NCBI GenBank assembly: GCA_041619515.1
Contig: JBFKDW010000003.1
Span: 18,828-82,827, forward strand
Reading direction: 5' to 3'
DNA: 64,000 nucleotides
From: Acidimicrobiia bacterium
Lineage (GTDB): Bacteria; Actinomycetota; Acidimicrobiia; Spongiisociales; SHLN01
In this document: positions 36,305 through 47,033 of the stretch, piece by piece
Layout: every line of letters begins with the position of its first letter
Position numbering within the stretch: the stretch's first letter is position 1
The notes under the pieces: generated by a model
Told to the model about the DNA's origin: nothing
The model's database searches: none
Seen by the model: only the letters and a program-made list of their open reading frames with translations
Position numbers and translations under genes: made by a program

Positions 36305-38287
36305 ATGGCTCGTAGACCACTGCACCTGCGCTGGATCTATGTCAAGGATCACGCGCCGCTGTTCGTCGCCCTGGCGGCGGCGCTCGCCCTCGCCCTCGTA
36401 GCGGCGGCCTTTCTGGCGAGCGACCCCTGGCGCGGGCTGCTCATCGGCGCCCTGCCGATGGTGTTCGCGGTGGTGGTTTGGGCAATCACGAACCATGCCG
36501 GATATCCCAGCCGGGTACCGGATTCGCTCGCACATGAACGCCTCGGCGGACCGTTCGCCGCCCCGCCGGTCGCACCGACCGGGTCACAAGGCCGGCCGCA
36601 AGCCTCGCCGGGAGTAGCCGGATCGAAACCACCCGGGCCCGTGCCGTCTGCGAGCGGTGACCCGTTTGCCCCTTCTCCCGCCACTGCATCGTCGACCTGG
36701 GGCTCCCCGCCGAAGGCTCAAAACAGAGCAGCCACCCCGGCCGGGGCGGCAACTGGTTCCGATACCACCACGCCGGGTCCCAAGTCCTCCCGGTCCGGGC
36801 AGGATGGCCGGAATCTGAGCGGAGCCAAACCGCCGAGCCCTCCCAAGGAGGCTCCCTCGAGTGCGAGGACTCCACAGCCGGACGGTCGAAGCCGATCGGC
36901 CCCGTCACAGCCCGCCGCAGGAGCCACCCAACCCGGCGAGGCAGCCGCACCCGAGGACACGACACCAGCTTCGGCCCGGGCGCCACGGCCATCGCAGCTC
37001 TTCGCCGCCTCCGCTTCCGGCACGGCATCTGCCGAGGCGACATCGGGACGATCGGGGAAGGAGGGAGGAGCGATACCGACCGCATCTCCCGATCCCGCCC
37101 GTCCCGGGCAAGCAGGTGCCGGGACCGGGAAGGAACCAGTGCCGGCGGCCACCGGAGACCGTGGACCCCAGAAGGACGCGCAGGCGGGGCCACGGGCCGG
37201 CGGATCGTCGCCGCGCCCCGCTGAGGGGGGGTTCGGCGCCACGGCGAGCGGACCGCCCGGGCAGGCCGCCGAGGAGCACCAACCCCAACCTGACCAGCCC
37301 CAGGAGCCGAAGACCCAGAAGACGCAGAAGACCCGTCGGGCTCGCCGCAGCGCTGCCAAGGTGCCGTCGGGGATGCCGGATAAACCAGCCCCGGCCGGTA
37401 CCGCCGCCGGCGCGGGAGGGGACACACCGACCCCACCTGCCAAAACCGCCCAACCGCCCTCACCGCAGCCCAAGAAGCCCCCCAGTCCCGCCGTCAATCC
37501 TGGACCACCCGAAGCCCCGGCCGACACCGTCGCAGACACACCCCCGGCCGGTACCGGCGCCGGACGGGACACACCGACCCCACCCGCCAAAACCGCCCAA
37601 CCGCCCTCACCGCAGTCCAAGAAGCCCCCCCGTCCCGCCGTCAACCGCGGGCGGCTCGAGGCTCCGGCAAATGCAGCCTCGGGGCCGCCGGATCAACCAG
37701 CAGCGGCCGCCACCGGCGCCGGCGAGGGACGAGACAAAGCAAATCCACCTGCCAAGACGGCCCGCCAGCCTGCGCCGCAGCCCAAGAAGCCCCAGAGTCC
37801 CGCAGTCAACCGCGGGCGGCTCGAGGCTCCGGCGGATGCAGCCTCGGGGCCGCCGGATCAACCAGCCGCGGCCGCCACCGGCGCCGGGCGGGACATACCG
37901 GCCCCACCCGCCAAACCGCCCAAAAAGGCCAAGCGCCAAGCCGCCACCAGCCGCCACTCCGAGGCTCCGCCCGATACGCCCGCCGGCTCGCCGGATGAGC
38001 CGCCTCGCCCGCGCCGCCGGTCCTCACGTCAGGCTGCGTCGAAACCGACCCCTGATCCGCCCCGGGGCCCGGTCGCTGCCGGCAAGCCGGCGGCCGCTCG
38101 AGACCAGGGAGCGCCCGGCTCGGATCGGCCCACACCACCCGCCGAGGCGGCCCGCCTCGCCGCCGGGGACGACCTGCCCGACCAGAGCGCCGAGCATCTC
38201 TCTCCGGCAGAGGCTGCCATCCGGGCTGCCGCCGAGCGCAAGCGCACTTCTCGCAAGCGCGGCGGCCAGGCCACCTCAGGCGACTGA
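36305..38287 (+). CDS. intrinsically disordered Pro/Ala/Gly-rich membrane protein with tandem repeats
   Basis: ATG at 36305 (MARRPLHLRWIY). Two N-terminal TM helices, then about 550 aa of low-complexity P/A/G/T/K sequence containing three to four degenerate 51-55-aa repeats (TPTPPAKTAQPPSPQPKKPPSPAVN...). Codon periodicity maintained. Confidence 0.6.
   Translation: MARRPLHLRWIYVKDHAPLFVALAAALALALVAAAFLASDPWRGLLIGALPMVFAVVVWAITNHAGYPSRVPDSLAHERLGGPFAAPPVAPTGSQGRPQASPGVAGSKPPGPVPSASGDPFAPSPATASSTWGSPPKAQNRAATPAGAATGSDTTTPGPKSSRSGQDGRNLSGAKPPSPPKEAPSSARTPQPDGRSRSAPSQPAAGATQPGEAAAPEDTTPASARAPRPSQLFAASASGTASAEATSGRSGKEGGAIPTASPDPARPGQAGAGTGKEPVPAATGDRGPQKDAQAGPRAGGSSPRPAEGGFGATASGPPGQAAEEHQPQPDQPQEPKTQKTQKTRRARRSAAKVPSGMPDKPAPAGTAAGAGGDTPTPPAKTAQPPSPQPKKPPSPAVNPGPPEAPADTVADTPPAGTGAGRDTPTPPAKTAQPPSPQSKKPPRPAVNRGRLEAPANAASGPPDQPAAAATGAGEGRDKANPPAKTARQPAPQPKKPQSPAVNRGRLEAPADAASGPPDQPAAAATGAGRDIPAPPAKPPKKAKRQAATSRHSEAPPDTPAGSPDEPPRPRRRSSRQAASKPTPDPPRGPVAAGKPAAARDQGAPGSDRPTPPAEAARLAAGDDLPDQSAEHLSPAEAAIRAAAERKRTSRKRGGQATSGD
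37391..37930 (+). repeat. in-frame tandem DNA repeats (periods about 153 and 165 bp) inside the Pro-rich protein gene
   Basis: Near-identical copies, e.g. ccggccggtacc...acaccgaccccacc[t/c]gccaaaaccgcccaaccgccctcaccgcag[c/t]ccaagaagcccccc at 37391 and 37544; gtcaaccgcgggcggctcgaggctccgg...gggccgccggatcaaccag at 37640 and 37805. Confidence 0.7.
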
Positions 38288-38418
38288 CCACCATCCGACC
38301 CGGCGGACGCGCATGTCGCACAGATTCCTCGCGTTTGGCTCATCGTCGTCGAACAGGCCCCTCTCACCCTGAAGGAGAGATGACCGCAATCGGCGGTCCG
38401 GGACAAGAGGAGCGAGAC

Positions 38419-38898
38419 ATGTCGAAGCGACTGATGATCGTGATGGGGGTCGTGGCGGCCGTGGTGCTGGGAGGCGCCGTGGCCTTTGCCCAGACGGACG
38501 GCTCAGAAGCCGCCCGTTCCAGCCTGAGCGGTACCGGCTTCCTCCGGGCTGCGGGCAGCGGCTCCGTCGACCTGGAGGTGAACGGAACCCTCCGGATGGC
38601 GGCCGAGGGCGACGTCGTGATCGTCGACCGGGCGGGAGACGCCAGAATCCGTATTGCCGCAGACGGCGCCGGCCCCGGATCGGGCGAGGCTCTCACTCGA
38701 GACACGACCTACCAGCTGGATGGGTTTCAGGGCCTCGTTCACGTGGCCGGCTCCGACTTCACCGTCGCAGTCGACGGCTTCAGCGCCTTCCGAGCCCGCG
38801 GGGAGGGCACGGCCGGGCTGGTTGGCGAAGGTGTCTGGAAGACCCGCAACGACTGGGGTTTCTGGGACGAGGGATCGGCCCTCAGCCTCGAAGGCTGA
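38419..38898 (+). CDS. hypothetical secreted protein
   Basis: ATG at 38419 preceded by aggag; signal peptide MSKRLMIVMGVVAAVVLGGAVAFAQ; Gly/Ala-rich 159-aa protein. Confidence 0.5.
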   Translation: MSKRLMIVMGVVAAVVLGGAVAFAQTDGSEAARSSLSGTGFLRAAGSGSVDLEVNGTLRMAAEGDVVIVDRAGDARIRIAADGAGPGSGEALTRDTTYQLDGFQGLVHVAGSDFTVAVDGFSAFRARGEGTAGLVGEGVWKTRNDWGFWDEGSALSLEG

Positions 38899-38911
38899 GT
38901 CGATGCACCTG

Positions 38912-38939
38912 GGAGGCTGAGAGGCGACTCTCAGCCTCC
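38912..38939. terminator. bidirectional terminator hairpin between convergent genes (12-bp perfect stem ggaggctgagag / ctctcagcctcc, loop gcga)
   Basis: Perfect inverted repeat read from the sequence. It overlaps the stop codon (38931-38933) of the minus-strand CAP gene and lies 14 nt after the plus-strand stop. Confidence 0.55.
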
Positions 38940-39755
38940 AAACACGTGGGTGGTCCAGATCTTGCCACCGTCCTCGACCCACACTCCGACCCCGATGTGC
39001 GTGAAGTTGGAGCTGGTCAGGTTGGCGTAGTGACCGGGGCTCTCCATGAGTGCATTGTGCATCGAGCCGACCGACCAGCCGTAGGCGATGTTCTCGCCGA
39101 CGGTGCTCCACGTTCCCAGCAGTGAGCCGATGTTGCTGTGCTGGAAGCTGTTCGTGTCGGACATGTAGAAGGTCCAATCCCGTGCGTATGAGCTGAGCGA
39201 TGAGCTGACGGTCAGGGCGGGGACACCGAGGTCGGCCCGCACGGCGTTGATGAGCGACACGAATTGGGATTCCTTGGATGGGGAGAAGGAACCGCCCGAC
39301 GGCGCCGTGGTCGTGCTGGTGGTTGCCGGCACGGTCGTGGTGGTCGTGGTCGGCGCCGCAGTGGTCGTGGTCGTGGCGGGAGCCTTCGTCGTGGTGGTTG
39401 TCGGCGCCCTGGTGGTAGTGGTTGTGGGAGCGGCAGCCGTCGTGGTGGTGCTGGACGGGGAGGCACTCGGCGCGGTCGTGGAGGTTGGTCCGGCCGGTGG
39501 GCGGGTCGCAACCGGGGGCGCCGCCGGTGTCAACGAAGCCGGCTGAGTCCGGTCGCCCGCCTCGGGCGCAATGAGCGTCACCAAGCCCGAATACACGACG
39601 GTCGAGGTCGTCGTGCCTTCCCGAACGGCAGGAGAGTCGGCGTCGTCGCTCACCGCCGGGCTGGGCGTGAACTGGCTGCCGACGGCGAGAGCGGTGCCGC
39701 CGATGACGAACGTGGCAACGACCATCGCCAGGATGGTGGTCGTTCGCGTGCTCAC
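38931..39755 (-). CDS. CAP (SCP/PR-1-like) domain secreted protein with Thr/Pro-rich linker
   Basis: C-terminal CAP domain motifs (GENIAYGWS, HYANLTSSNFTHIGVGV). N-terminal TM/signal TTTILAMVVATFVIGGTALAVG. Poly-Thr/Ala/Pro linker. GTG start at 39755, preceded by gagaggagctat. Confidence 0.7.
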   Translation of the reverse strand: MSTRTTTILAMVVATFVIGGTALAVGSQFTPSPAVSDDADSPAVREGTTTSTVVYSGLVTLIAPEAGDRTQPASLTPAAPPVATRPPAGPTSTTAPSASPSSTTTTAAAPTTTTTRAPTTTTTKAPATTTTTAAPTTTTTTVPATTSTTTAPSGGSFSPSKESQFVSLINAVRADLGVPALTVSSSLSSYARDWTFYMSDTNSFQHSNIGSLLGTWSTVGENIAYGWSVGSMHNALMESPGHYANLTSSNFTHIGVGVWVEDGGKIWTTHVFGG

Positions 39756-39913
39756 ATAGCTCCTCTCGCCGGGCACGCGAACATCGTCACAAGGAGCGTT
39801 TTTCTTGACCGCCGACAGTGTCGAGGATTGCTTCTCTGTCGGATTGCTGACATTTCCCGGTCCGGAGCCTCCCGGCCGTCGTTGATCCCCGTACACGACC
39901 ACCAGCGAGACAC

Positions 39914-41182
39914 ATGACCCGCGGACCGCTCATCGCTATCACCGGCGCGATCGCAGTTGTCATCGCGGTGGTCATCGGCGTCGCCGTGGTGCCCAACGGT
40001 GAGCCCGGCGACCCGGGGGAGGCGATCGCGACGAGCACGACCGCAGCGACCGAGCCCACCCCAGCCACCAGCCCTCCCGAGGGCACGGTGGCGGGTTTCG
40101 ACCGGAGCCGGCTGCCGGACGACCTCGCCAGGGTCAGCGAGGACTGGGCCACGGACTTCTCTCGCACCACGATCGAGTACGACGAGTTGCTGATCGGGAT
40201 CCGGGCCATGCCGATCAGAGATCGGATTCCACCGATCGACAACCCCCGTTTCGAGCCCGCCGCCGGGGCCGAGCATGTATCCGGACGCGAGCCGGGCCTG
40301 TCGCTCGACCTCGAGGGTGACGCCAGGTTCTACCCCCTGTCGATTCTGACCGCCCACGAGATCGTCAACGACGTCGTCGCCGGCCGGCCGGTGGCGGTGA
40401 CCTACTGCCCGCTCTGCAACAGTGCCATCGTGTTCGACCGGGTGTTCGAGGGACAGGAGCTTCGATTCGGCGTCTCCGGGCTGCTGCGCAACAGCGATCT
40501 CGTCATGTGGGACGACGCCACCGAGTCATTGTGGCAGCAGCTGACAGGGGAGGGCCTGGTCGGCAGGTTTGCCGGTTCACAGCTCGAGTTCCTTCCCTCC
40601 GCCATCACGAGCTTCGAGGATTTCACCCGACTGCACCCGGACGGACAGGTGCTCGGGCCCGATCAAGGGTTTGGGCGGGTGTACGGGTTCAACCCCTACA
40701 TCGGATACTCATCGCGCGCCGTTCCCTATCCGTTCTTCGACGAGGAAGCGCTCGATGATCGGTTCCCGGCCCTGGAGCGGGTGGTGAACGTGACCGTCGA
40801 CGGCACCGCCAAGGCCTACCCGTTCCCGGTGATCGAGTCCGCCAGGGCCGTGAACGACTCCGTAGGAGGTACCGACATCGTGGTGTTGTGGGGCGGCGAC
40901 ACCGCCGACGCCCTCGACGCAAACGAGATCGTTGAGGCGCGAGGAGTCGGCACCGGAATCGCGTTCAAGCGCACCGTCGACGGACAAGTTCTCACGTTCA
41001 GCCCGACCGGGGCAGATGAGTTCACCGATGCCGAAACGGGCTCGGTATGGGATCTCAACGGGACGGCCCTGTCGGGCCCGCTCGCCGGAGCCCAATTGGA
41101 GCCGGTGGTCCATGGCAACGAGTTCTGGTTTGCGTGGGCCGCCTTCCACCCCGACGCAGCCGTCTACGACGGATCGGCCTGA
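39914..41182 (+). CDS. DUF3179 domain-containing protein
   Basis: N-terminal TM helix; DUF3179 core with the VAVTYCPLCNSAIVFDR motif. Confidence 0.8.
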   Translation: MTRGPLIAITGAIAVVIAVVIGVAVVPNGEPGDPGEAIATSTTAATEPTPATSPPEGTVAGFDRSRLPDDLARVSEDWATDFSRTTIEYDELLIGIRAMPIRDRIPPIDNPRFEPAAGAEHVSGREPGLSLDLEGDARFYPLSILTAHEIVNDVVAGRPVAVTYCPLCNSAIVFDRVFEGQELRFGVSGLLRNSDLVMWDDATESLWQQLTGEGLVGRFAGSQLEFLPSAITSFEDFTRLHPDGQVLGPDQGFGRVYGFNPYIGYSSRAVPYPFFDEEALDDRFPALERVVNVTVDGTAKAYPFPVIESARAVNDSVGGTDIVVLWGGDTADALDANEIVEARGVGTGIAFKRTVDGQVLTFSPTGADEFTDAETGSVWDLNGTALSGPLAGAQLEPVVHGNEFWFAWAAFHPDAAVYDGSA

Positions 41183-41232
41183 CCCGGTCGCAGGCTCGGG
41201 GCATCGGCTCGGGACCGACCCCCCACAGCCTG

Positions 41233-41260
41233 GAGGGAAGCGGGGCGGGCCCGCCCTCCC
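41233..41260 (+). terminator. GC-rich palindrome/hairpin downstream of the DUF3179 gene (gggcgggcccgccc core)
   Basis: 14-nt perfect palindrome flanked by ggaggg/ccctcc, 50 nt after the stop; weak call. Confidence 0.35.
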
Positions 41261-41343
41261 CACAAGCGGGCATCCAGAACGACTGAAAACCATGTCGGCT
41301 AGCTTGGCCCCGGCCGCTACCGTGCCGAGAGGAAGGAGCGGTA

Positions 41344-42996
41344 GTGGCACACATTTCCATCCCGGGCCGACCGGGCGCAATCATCCTTGCCCTCGTACTG
41401 GCCGCCCTCCTGCTCCCCGGCGCTGGAGCTTTCGCAGCGGCCGACATTCCGGACGGTCGCTACGTGGCGCTCGGTGACTCGTACTCGTCGGGCAAGGGAG
41501 TGGAGCCCTACGAAACCGTGAACGGCGAGGTCGGGCCCTGCTACCGGTCACCGGGGGCCTATCCCTCGCTACTGGCAGACCGGGTGGCGGCGACCCGCTT
41601 CGAGTCGTGGGCCTGCTCGGGTGCACACGTCTTCCAGCTTTCCTCCCGGACCGTCAGCACAGACGAGCCGCCTTTCGACGACCCGGCGCGCGTCCCTCCG
41701 GGCACGCCGTACCAGTCCTATCTCGACCGGCTCGACGGCGGCGTATCGCTCGTCACCCTCACCATCGGCGGCCACGACGCCGGCTTCGGAGACGTGATGT
41801 TCGACTGTGTCCAACCGTTCTGGCTGGGGACCTGTGACGATCTCGACCCGGAGGTCCAGGACGATCTGGCCCGCCTGCCGAGCCGGCTCGTGCCGCTGTA
41901 CCGTTCGATACGGGCCAAGGTCCACCCCGAGGCGCGGGTGCTGGTGCTCGGCTACCCCCAGTTGTTCCCCGACGACCCGGGCGGGGTCTGCGTCGATGGA
42001 GGGTTCATCAACGCCGACGAGCGCCGGTGGCTGAACGAGATAGCCATCCAGCTCAATACGATCATCGCCGAATCCACCGGCGCGGTCCCCGGCGTCGAAT
42101 TCGTCAGCGTGCGGGATGCCTTCGAGACCCATGAGATCTGCGGCAGTGAGGAGGCCTATCTCATCGGCGCCAGCTTGCAGCACCCCGGCAACAGCTACCA
42201 CCCCAACTACAAGGGCCATCGGGCCTTGGCCGACGCGGCGCTGAGTCACCTCGAAACCGTGCCGTCACCGGTCGAGCCGCCACCACCTCCGCCCCCTCCC
42301 CCTCCCCCGGCGACAGTCGATTCCGTCGGAGTGTTCGATCCCTCGACGGGCCGCTGGGCGCTCGCCTACCCGGACGGACACGTCGACGAGTTCTACTACG
42401 GGATACCGGACGACGTGCCACTGATGGGTGACTGGGATTGCGACGGTATCGACACCGTTGCCATGTACCGGCCGAGCAGCGGCTTCGTCTACCTACGCGA
42501 ATCCAACGACTTCGGGGTTGCCGACCGCGACTTCTATTACGGCGTTCCCGGTGACCGGCCGCTCGCCGGTGATTGGAACGGCGACGGCTGCGACACGCTC
42601 GCCATCTTCCGGCCGTCCGAAGGGAGGATCTACGTGAGCAACCTGCTCGGCACCCGGCCCGCCGATTTCTCGTTCCGATACGGCTCCGCATCCTCTGTTC
42701 CGTTCGCGGGCGACTTCGACGGTGACGGACGCGATTCGGTCGGGTTCCTCACCAACACTGGGGCGATCGTCCACAAGAACGATCTCGCCTCGGGATCGGA
42801 TGACTTCTGGGCCTACTACGGCAGGCTGTTTCACCGGTTCGTAGCGGGAGACTGGGACGGCGACGGTGTCGACACCCCCGGTGCCTACGCCGCCGACGGG
42901 AGCGTGATGCTCTGGAACACCTGGGACCTCGGAACCCCCGACCAGGTGGCGTCGTTCGGATCGAATCGCCTTCCCGTGGCCGGCGCGATCGGCTGA
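41344..42996 (+). CDS. SGNH/GDSL hydrolase family protein with poly-Pro linker and C-terminal repeat modules
   Basis: GTG start preceded by aggaaggag. Signal peptide. GDSYSSG block I, GGHD block III, catalytic His near the C-terminal end of the domain (YHPNYKGH). PPPPPPPPPPP linker. Repeats GDWDCDGIDTVAMYRP / GDWNGDGCDTLAIFRP / GDFDGDGRDS / GDWDGDGVDT. Confidence 0.8.
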   Translation: MAHISIPGRPGAIILALVLAALLLPGAGAFAAADIPDGRYVALGDSYSSGKGVEPYETVNGEVGPCYRSPGAYPSLLADRVAATRFESWACSGAHVFQLSSRTVSTDEPPFDDPARVPPGTPYQSYLDRLDGGVSLVTLTIGGHDAGFGDVMFDCVQPFWLGTCDDLDPEVQDDLARLPSRLVPLYRSIRAKVHPEARVLVLGYPQLFPDDPGGVCVDGGFINADERRWLNEIAIQLNTIIAESTGAVPGVEFVSVRDAFETHEICGSEEAYLIGASLQHPGNSYHPNYKGHRALADAALSHLETVPSPVEPPPPPPPPPPPATVDSVGVFDPSTGRWALAYPDGHVDEFYYGIPDDVPLMGDWDCDGIDTVAMYRPSSGFVYLRESNDFGVADRDFYYGVPGDRPLAGDWNGDGCDTLAIFRPSEGRIYVSNLLGTRPADFSFRYGSASSVPFAGDFDGDGRDSVGFLTNTGAIVHKNDLASGSDDFWAYYGRLFHRFVAGDWDGDGVDTPGAYAADGSVMLWNTWDLGTPDQVASFGSNRLPVAGAIG

Positions 42997-43005
42997 CCGC
43001 AAGCT

Positions 43006-43023
43006 CCCGCCGAAAGCGGCGGG
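43006..43023. terminator. hairpin between convergent genes (cccgccg-aaag-cggcggg)
   Basis: 7-bp perfect stem with a 4-nt loop, 9 nt after the SGNH stop and 31 nt after the LLM stop. Confidence 0.4.
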
Positions 43024-43054
43024 CCCCTCGAGAGGCATCGAAGTGAGGGTTCCG

Positions 43055-44056
43055 CTACCGGAAGGCCGGGATGATGGTCTCGCCGTAGTGGTGCAGGGTT
43101 TCCTCCTGCTGGTCGTGCATGAGATACACGCAGAACTGATCGACGCCGACCGCTTCGAGCTGGCGGATCTTCTCGATGTGCTGCTCGGCCGGGCCGAGCA
43201 CGCAGAACCGGTCGACCACGTCGTCCGGCACGAAATCGGTGGACGGATTGCCGACGACACCGTGGTGGGCGTAGTCGTAGTCCTGGCGGCCCTTGATGTA
43301 CTCCGACAGCGCAGCAGGAACCTTCTCGGGATCGTCACCGTAGCGCTCGACCAGGTCGGCCACGTGGTTGCCGACCATGCCTCCGAACCATCGGACCTGG
43401 TCGCGCTGGTGGGCGAGATCGTCGCCAACGTAGGCGGGAGCCGCCACGCACACCTTCACCTCGCCCGGATCCCGGCCGGCCTCGTCGGCGGCGTTTCGCA
43501 CGAACTTGGACGTCCACTCCACGAGATACGGATCGGCCAGCTGGAGTATGAAACCGTCGGCGATGCGTCCCGTCATGGTCAGCGCCTTGGGGCCGTAGCC
43601 CGCCATCCAGATCGGGAGGTCGTGGCCCTCACGCACCCAGTTGATCTTCAGCTTCTGTCCGTTGTAGTCCACTTCCTCGCCGGCAACGAGGCCCTTGATC
43701 ACCTTGATCGCGGCTTCGGTCGAAGCGAGAGTGGCCGGCTTCTTACCGATGTAGCGGAGGGCGGAGTCTCCCCGGCCGATGCCACAGACCATGCGGTCGG
43801 CGAACATCTCGTCCAGCGTGGCGAACAGGGAGGCGAGCACCGTCCAGTCGCGCGTGCCCGGGTTGGTGACCATGGGCCCCACCCTCATGCGCTCGGTTCC
43901 CTCCAGCATGAGGGTGAAGATCACGAACGGCTCCTGCCAGAGGATGTGTGAGTCGAAGGTCCACCCGTAGGTGAAGCCCATGTCCTCGGCCAGCCTGGCC
44001 AGCCGTACCACTTCCCGTGCGGGCGGGTTGTTCTGCAGTACCACTCCGAATTCCAT
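43055..44056 (-). CDS. luciferase-like monooxygenase (LLM) class flavin/F420-dependent oxidoreductase
   Basis: 333-aa protein MEFGVVLQNNPP...GFTYGWTFDSH...GPKALTMTGRIADGFIL...IIPAF with the bacterial-luciferase TIM-barrel signature, closest in style to the F420-dependent Mer/FGD subclass. ATG at 44056 preceded by aaggag. Last gene of the hyd-mmsA-LLM operon. Confidence 0.85.
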   Translation of the reverse strand: MEFGVVLQNNPPAREVVRLARLAEDMGFTYGWTFDSHILWQEPFVIFTLMLEGTERMRVGPMVTNPGTRDWTVLASLFATLDEMFADRMVCGIGRGDSALRYIGKKPATLASTEAAIKVIKGLVAGEEVDYNGQKLKINWVREGHDLPIWMAGYGPKALTMTGRIADGFILQLADPYLVEWTSKFVRNAADEAGRDPGEVKVCVAAPAYVGDDLAHQRDQVRWFGGMVGNHVADLVERYGDDPEKVPAALSEYIKGRQDYDYAHHGVVGNPSTDFVPDDVVDRFCVLGPAEQHIEKIRQLEAVGVDQFCVYLMHDQQEETLHHYGETIIPAFR

Positions 44057-44082
44057 GCCGCCGTCTCCTTTGCTCCTGTTGC

Positions 44083-45576
<1,494 letters not shown>

Positions 45577-45605
45577 GTCCCGGCCTCCTGTTCCGTATCC
45601 GGTTG

Positions 45606-47033
45606 CTAGACGAGATACTGGTTCATGCCCCGTTTCAGGTACTGCCCGTGGCCCTTGGTGCCAACATAAGCGTCGCCTTCCACAATCACGGTGCCGCGGG
45701 ACAACACGGTATCTACCTTGCCCTCGATCTGCATGCCGTCGTAGGCCGTGTAGTCGATGTTGCCGTGAATGGTGTCGGGCCCGTACACAAACGACGTATT
45801 CGGGTCGTAGATGACGATATCGGCGTCGGAGCCCACCGCAATGGTCCCCTTCTTCGGAAACATGCCCATCATCTTGGCGGGGGCAGTGCAACACAGCTCC
45901 ACCCAGCGGTTGAGGCTGAACCGGCCCTCCACCACCCCGCTCTGGTACATCACCTGAAACCGCTCTTCGACCCCGGGAAGGCCGTTGGGAATGAGTGTGA
46001 AGTTGCCCTCACCGAGGCGCTTCTGGCGGCCCATCGTCTCGTCGTCGTCGTAGAAGAAGTCGGCATGGTCGGTCGAGACAACCTGTAGATCTCCGCGAAT
46101 CAGCGCCTCCCACAGTGCCTCCTGGTGGCCTTCGGAGCGGAACCGGATGGGCGTGGAGCACACGTACTTCGCTCCCTCGAAGCCCGGGACGTCGATGTCG
46201 TCCTCAACCGACAGGTGCATGTAGTGCGGACAGGTCTCGCCGAAGGCGTTTTGTCCGCGATCCCGGGCCAGGGTCAGCTCGGCCACTCCCTCCTTCGCCG
46301 ACATGTGCACGATGTAGAGCGGCACCCCGGCGACCTCGGCCAGGGCCAGCGAACGGTGAACGGCTTCGGACTCGGTTTGTGGCGGCCGCGTGATCGTGTG
46401 GTACTTGGGGTCGGTCTCACCCCTGGCGACCGCCTGCTCCCGCAGAACGTCGATGGCGATGCCATTCTCGGCATGCATCATGATCATCGTGCCGTCCCTG
46501 GCGGCCTGTTGCATGGCCCGGAAGATCTCGCCGTCGTCGGAGTAGAGCACCCCGGGATAGGCCATGAACAGCTTGAAGGTGGTGACACCGTCGTCGATGA
46601 TGGCCTGCATCTCTTTGAGCGAATCGTCGTTGATGTCACCGACGATCATGTGGAAGCCATAGTCGATGGCGCAGTTTCCCTCCGCTTTCGCCATCCAGTT
46701 GTCGAAGCCGTCCCGGATGGTCTCACCCTTGATCTGGACGGCGAAGTCGACCACGGTGGTGGTGCCCCCGTAGGCGGCCGCCCGGGTGCCGGATTCGAAG
46801 TTGTCCGACACATAGGTGCCGCCGAACGGCAGCTCGAAGTGGGTGTGGACGTCCACTGCACCCGGGACCACATACTTGCCGGTCGCGTCGATCACCCGGT
46901 CGGCACCTTCTGCCCAGGTATCACCGCTTCCCTGGGCGATGGCCACCACTTTCCCGCCGTCGATGAGGACGTTCGCCTGCATTGTCTCGGTGGCGGTTAT
47001 CACAGTCCCGCCCCTAATCACCGTGGTCATCAT
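45606..47033 (-). CDS. dihydropyrimidinase / D-hydantoinase (cyclic amidohydrolase)
   Basis: Metal-binding HxH VDVHTHFELPF; carboxylated-Lys region and D-hydantoinase-family gate loops (GGTTTVVDF, STDHADF); 476 aa from the ATG at 47033 (MMTTVIRGGTV), preceded by aggagg. Confidence 0.9.
   Translation of the reverse strand: MMTTVIRGGTVITATETMQANVLIDGGKVVAIAQGSGDTWAEGADRVIDATGKYVVPGAVDVHTHFELPFGGTYVSDNFESGTRAAAYGGTTTVVDFAVQIKGETIRDGFDNWMAKAEGNCAIDYGFHMIVGDINDDSLKEMQAIIDDGVTTFKLFMAYPGVLYSDDGEIFRAMQQAARDGTMIMMHAENGIAIDVLREQAVARGETDPKYHTITRPPQTESEAVHRSLALAEVAGVPLYIVHMSAKEGVAELTLARDRGQNAFGETCPHYMHLSVEDDIDVPGFEGAKYVCSTPIRFRSEGHQEALWEALIRGDLQVVSTDHADFFYDDDETMGRQKRLGEGNFTLIPNGLPGVEERFQVMYQSGVVEGRFSLNRWVELCCTAPAKMMGMFPKKGTIAVGSDADIVIYDPNTSFVYGPDTIHGNIDYTAYDGMQIEGKVDTVLSRGTVIVEGDAYVGTKGHGQYLKRGMNQYLV

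Noticed and set aside
37391-37930. Possibility that the 153-165-bp tandem repeats are a CRISPR array or a mobile-element terminal repeat
   Set aside because: The repeats are long and directly abutting, with no unique spacers. They are in-frame and encode recurring peptide units. No cas genes or transposase are nearby.
36861-38372. 503-aa plus-strand ORF in a second frame and minus-strand ORFs across the Pro-rich repeat gene
   Set aside because: Alternative frames of a repeat-rich, GC-rich region. The chosen frame has TM helices followed by consistent repeats; the others are Arg/Pro junk.
41183-41343. tRNA or small RNA gene in the 160-bp intergenic region, and in the 210-bp region 59745..59954
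   Set aside because: No cloverleaf-compatible acceptor/anticodon stems or conserved T-loop (GTTC) sequence found; the regions contain a GC hairpin terminator and RBS/promoter sequence instead.
43055-44056. Interpretation of the LLM enzyme as RutA (pyrimidine monooxygenase of the Rut pathway)
   Set aside because: The island encodes the reductive-pathway enzymes that the Rut pathway does not use, and none of RutB-G. The sequence resembles the Mer/FGD-like F420-class LLMs more than RutA, although a homology search is needed to confirm this.
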